DNA of 64,000 bases from Felis catus (taxonomy: Eukaryota). The notes under the pieces are model-generated. The model saw only the letters and a list, made by a program, of their open reading frames with translations, was not told the origin of the DNA and searched no databases. Both the position numbers and the translations under genes were made by a program. Positions 1 to 64,000 of this stretch are shown here, piece after piece (position 1 is the stretch's first letter; each line of letters begins with the position of its first letter). The stretch is from contig NC_058368.1 of assembly GCF_018350175.1 (NCBI RefSeq), positions 206,090,001-206,154,000 of the forward strand, in the 5' to 3' direction.

Positions 1-929
1 ACACTTGTCTGGGAAGCAGCACACTAGATGCTTCCCAATAGTGAATTGTATTATATTCACTCCTCACACCTTTATGAGGTAGGTATAGCTGTTTCCATTT
101 CACAACTAAGAAGAGTGAGACCCAGAGCAGTGACATGACCAGAACAGCAGGACTACATCCAAACACAAGCCTGTCTGACTTTAAAAAAAAAAAAAAAAAA
201 AAAAAATTGCTCCTAATCATGATTCAATGCAGCCTCCCTGTGAAGGGCAGGGCCTACATACACCTTTATCCGTGGTTCTCAACCCTGAAGTGTATTGGAA
301 TCCCTTATTCGAGGGAGTTATTCCACACCTTCAACAGGGGCACAGTACCTCGAAGGCAATAGGCTTGAGGCTGTTGGGCATTTCAGAACACCAGTCTCTC
401 ATCTATCAAAGGCCATGTAGCCACCTAAGGGAACTTTCACATAGTGCCTGGCCAAGCCCCATGATTTCTAAAGGTTAAGATCTGTCCAAAAGAATTCACG
501 ACTTTCTCTCTACAAGGCGGAACTAAAGCTAAGGGCATAGAAATCTCTCGTAGGATCTAGCTTCATAGCTTATCAGCCTTCTTGGGAATCACAGTGTGCT
601 CCTTATTACCATAGTCACTCCCTAGTGGTAAGAGCAGTAGTTAGGGTAATGGGCATTTCCAGTCCCCTGAGGGCCCTACAACAGTGATTTTCAAGACTTT
701 GATATGTTAGCTAGGGTGCCTCCACCTTCAGTTAGATGTCCTTGAAGTAATGTTGTCAGGTTAAGATAGTTTTCAGAAAGAACTTTGCTTTACATATAAG
801 CCTTCACTCCTAGAGTTGCATATTATGTTCAGGAAGCCCCAATTAAGATATGTAAAATCCATTGTAAAGTAGGAATACATTGCTCAGTTTGATGGTGTTA
901 TTCACTTGGACTTAATCTGATTCCTTTAG

Positions 930-62428
<61,499 letters not shown>

Positions 62429-62625
62429 TGAGCTCCACTTGCCCATAAGGGCAATACCCTCATGTATATTCCCTTTCACAGCTTTCCTCTCTGTCCTGTC
62501 ATTCCCAAAAACTACCGCAGAACTCAACACAGAACAAAGGCCCCAGTAAAGACCTTGTCATCTCCAGCACTCTTTTCCACATCAAGATTCAAAGGTTCAA
62601 AATGCTTGTGTGGTTCACTTCATCG

Positions 62626-62850
62626 AGGAGTCAGTATAAACTATAGCCAGTGGGCCAAATCCCGCCCCGAGCATCTTTTCATAAATTAGGTTTTATTCGG
62701 AGCACAGCCACGCTCACCGGTTACATATTGTCTATGGTTGCTTTCACACTTCATCTGCAGAGTTGATTAGCTGTTACAGAAACCATATGGCCCCCAAAGT
62801 CTAAATTAGTTACTGTCTGGCCCTTTACAGAAAGAACTTGCCAACCCCCA
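62626..62850. mobile_element. MER58A-like hAT-Charlie relic
   Basis: gggccaaatcc...cacagccacgctca...tctggccctttacagaaa...ttgccaacccc. Confidence 0.75.
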
Positions 62851-64000
62851 ATCTAGTCAATAGCCTAGAAATAAATTTCAAAAAAGATCAGTTGGTGACC
62901 CTAGAACAGAGGAAAGTCATTTTCCTTTATACCTTCCAGAAAACTAGATTTTATTATTATTTTTGGCTTATTCACCGTCATCAGTGTAAAATCTCTTTCA
63001 CCTCCAACTTATATCTGTTTTTTGTAATCGAAAACTGTTTCCTCATGTTTGTTGTCAGAGGAGATGGAAAACTGCTGGTTTCCTCCTCTTAAACATTAAG
63101 GCTTGATTAAATTACCTTTCTACCTTCTAGTCTCCAGACTGAAAAGTCTTCATTTCCTTCATTATTCATAATAAACCTAATTTTTCAGCTCCTTAAATAT
63201 TTTACAAGCCAGTGACTGTGTTGTATCTCTAGATGTGGCCTGCAGAGTATTGAATACAACCTGAAGAAAAATTACCTCTCAGGTCTGATTTTTTAATTTA
63301 TCCACTCCAATTTTTTTTTTATAACTCTTGCCCTTTCCTCCTGACTCTTTGACAATCCGTTAACTGTATAGACTTCTGGATTTTAGTCTGTAATATATAC
63401 CCACAGTCAATAATTCTCCAGTTTTGTATTTTTTAGTTTCCTTTGACAGCAGCTTTCTGCTTGTTTCCGGCTACCTTCTCCAATGTTACCAACATTACTT
63501 TTTAATTCTCATCTTGTCCTCAAAACTGCTTTCTTGGCTCCCACTCAATGCTGTATCTTCCAATGATGTATCTTCTGTAAAATAACAAAGATGTTCTTTT
63601 CTCTTTTTTTTCCATTACACAGATCATTGATGACAATCTTCGACAACAAAGAGCTGAAGCAACCCCTTCGGGGCCCCCACCTGTTTGTTAGGTTCCCTAG
63701 GCTGTTGTTGGTCCAGTGATGATAATTCTCTTGGATCTGAGCCTCCGATAATCACCTATGAGTTTTCTGGTCAACATAATGTTTCTCAGTCTTATGCAAA
63801 AGAAAAAAAAAAAACAACTAAAGTCTTGCTGGTTGTTAGGTTAGCACTTTCTCATCCTTAATAGGTATTAATTCCATCATACTTGTATAAAAGTGAAGTT
63901 TGATAAAACTTAGGTCTTAGTAATGCCATGCTATTTTTTTCTCCGGCAATGCTCTCTTCTCACCAATAAATTTAACTATACTTTATGAAACCTTGCCCCT

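Overview
Mammalian genomic DNA, almost certainly felid: it carries many carnivore tRNA-derived SINEs of the SINEC_Fc type and carnivore L1s. The species cannot be fixed from sequence alone. The whole window lies inside one + strand gene, MROH2B (HEATR7B2), a maestro HEAT-like repeat protein. I traced 35 consecutive coding exons from 963 to 62089 (4104 nt, 1368 codons). Splice phases are consistent, there is no in-frame stop, and the gene is cut off at both window edges. Of the 34 internal introns, 33 are GT-AG and one is GC-AG; one exon is a 27-nt microexon. Introns hold about 25 SINEs (many with clear target-site duplications, TSDs), MIR/L2/MLT/MER/Tigger relics, and an ~10.5-kb three-layer L1 nest containing a full-length but dead ~7-kb L1. 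I cannot demonstrate a wholly new biological system. The best leads are: an antisense YY1/NRF1 promoter-like cassette with ORF0-like frames in the L1 5'UTR; a cryptic 24/26-nt exon positioned to be mutually exclusive with the microexon; a zero-spacer SINE palindrome; a stop-free in-frame intron; and a clear twin-primed mini-L1. Repeat boundaries and subfamily names are by eye and approximate.
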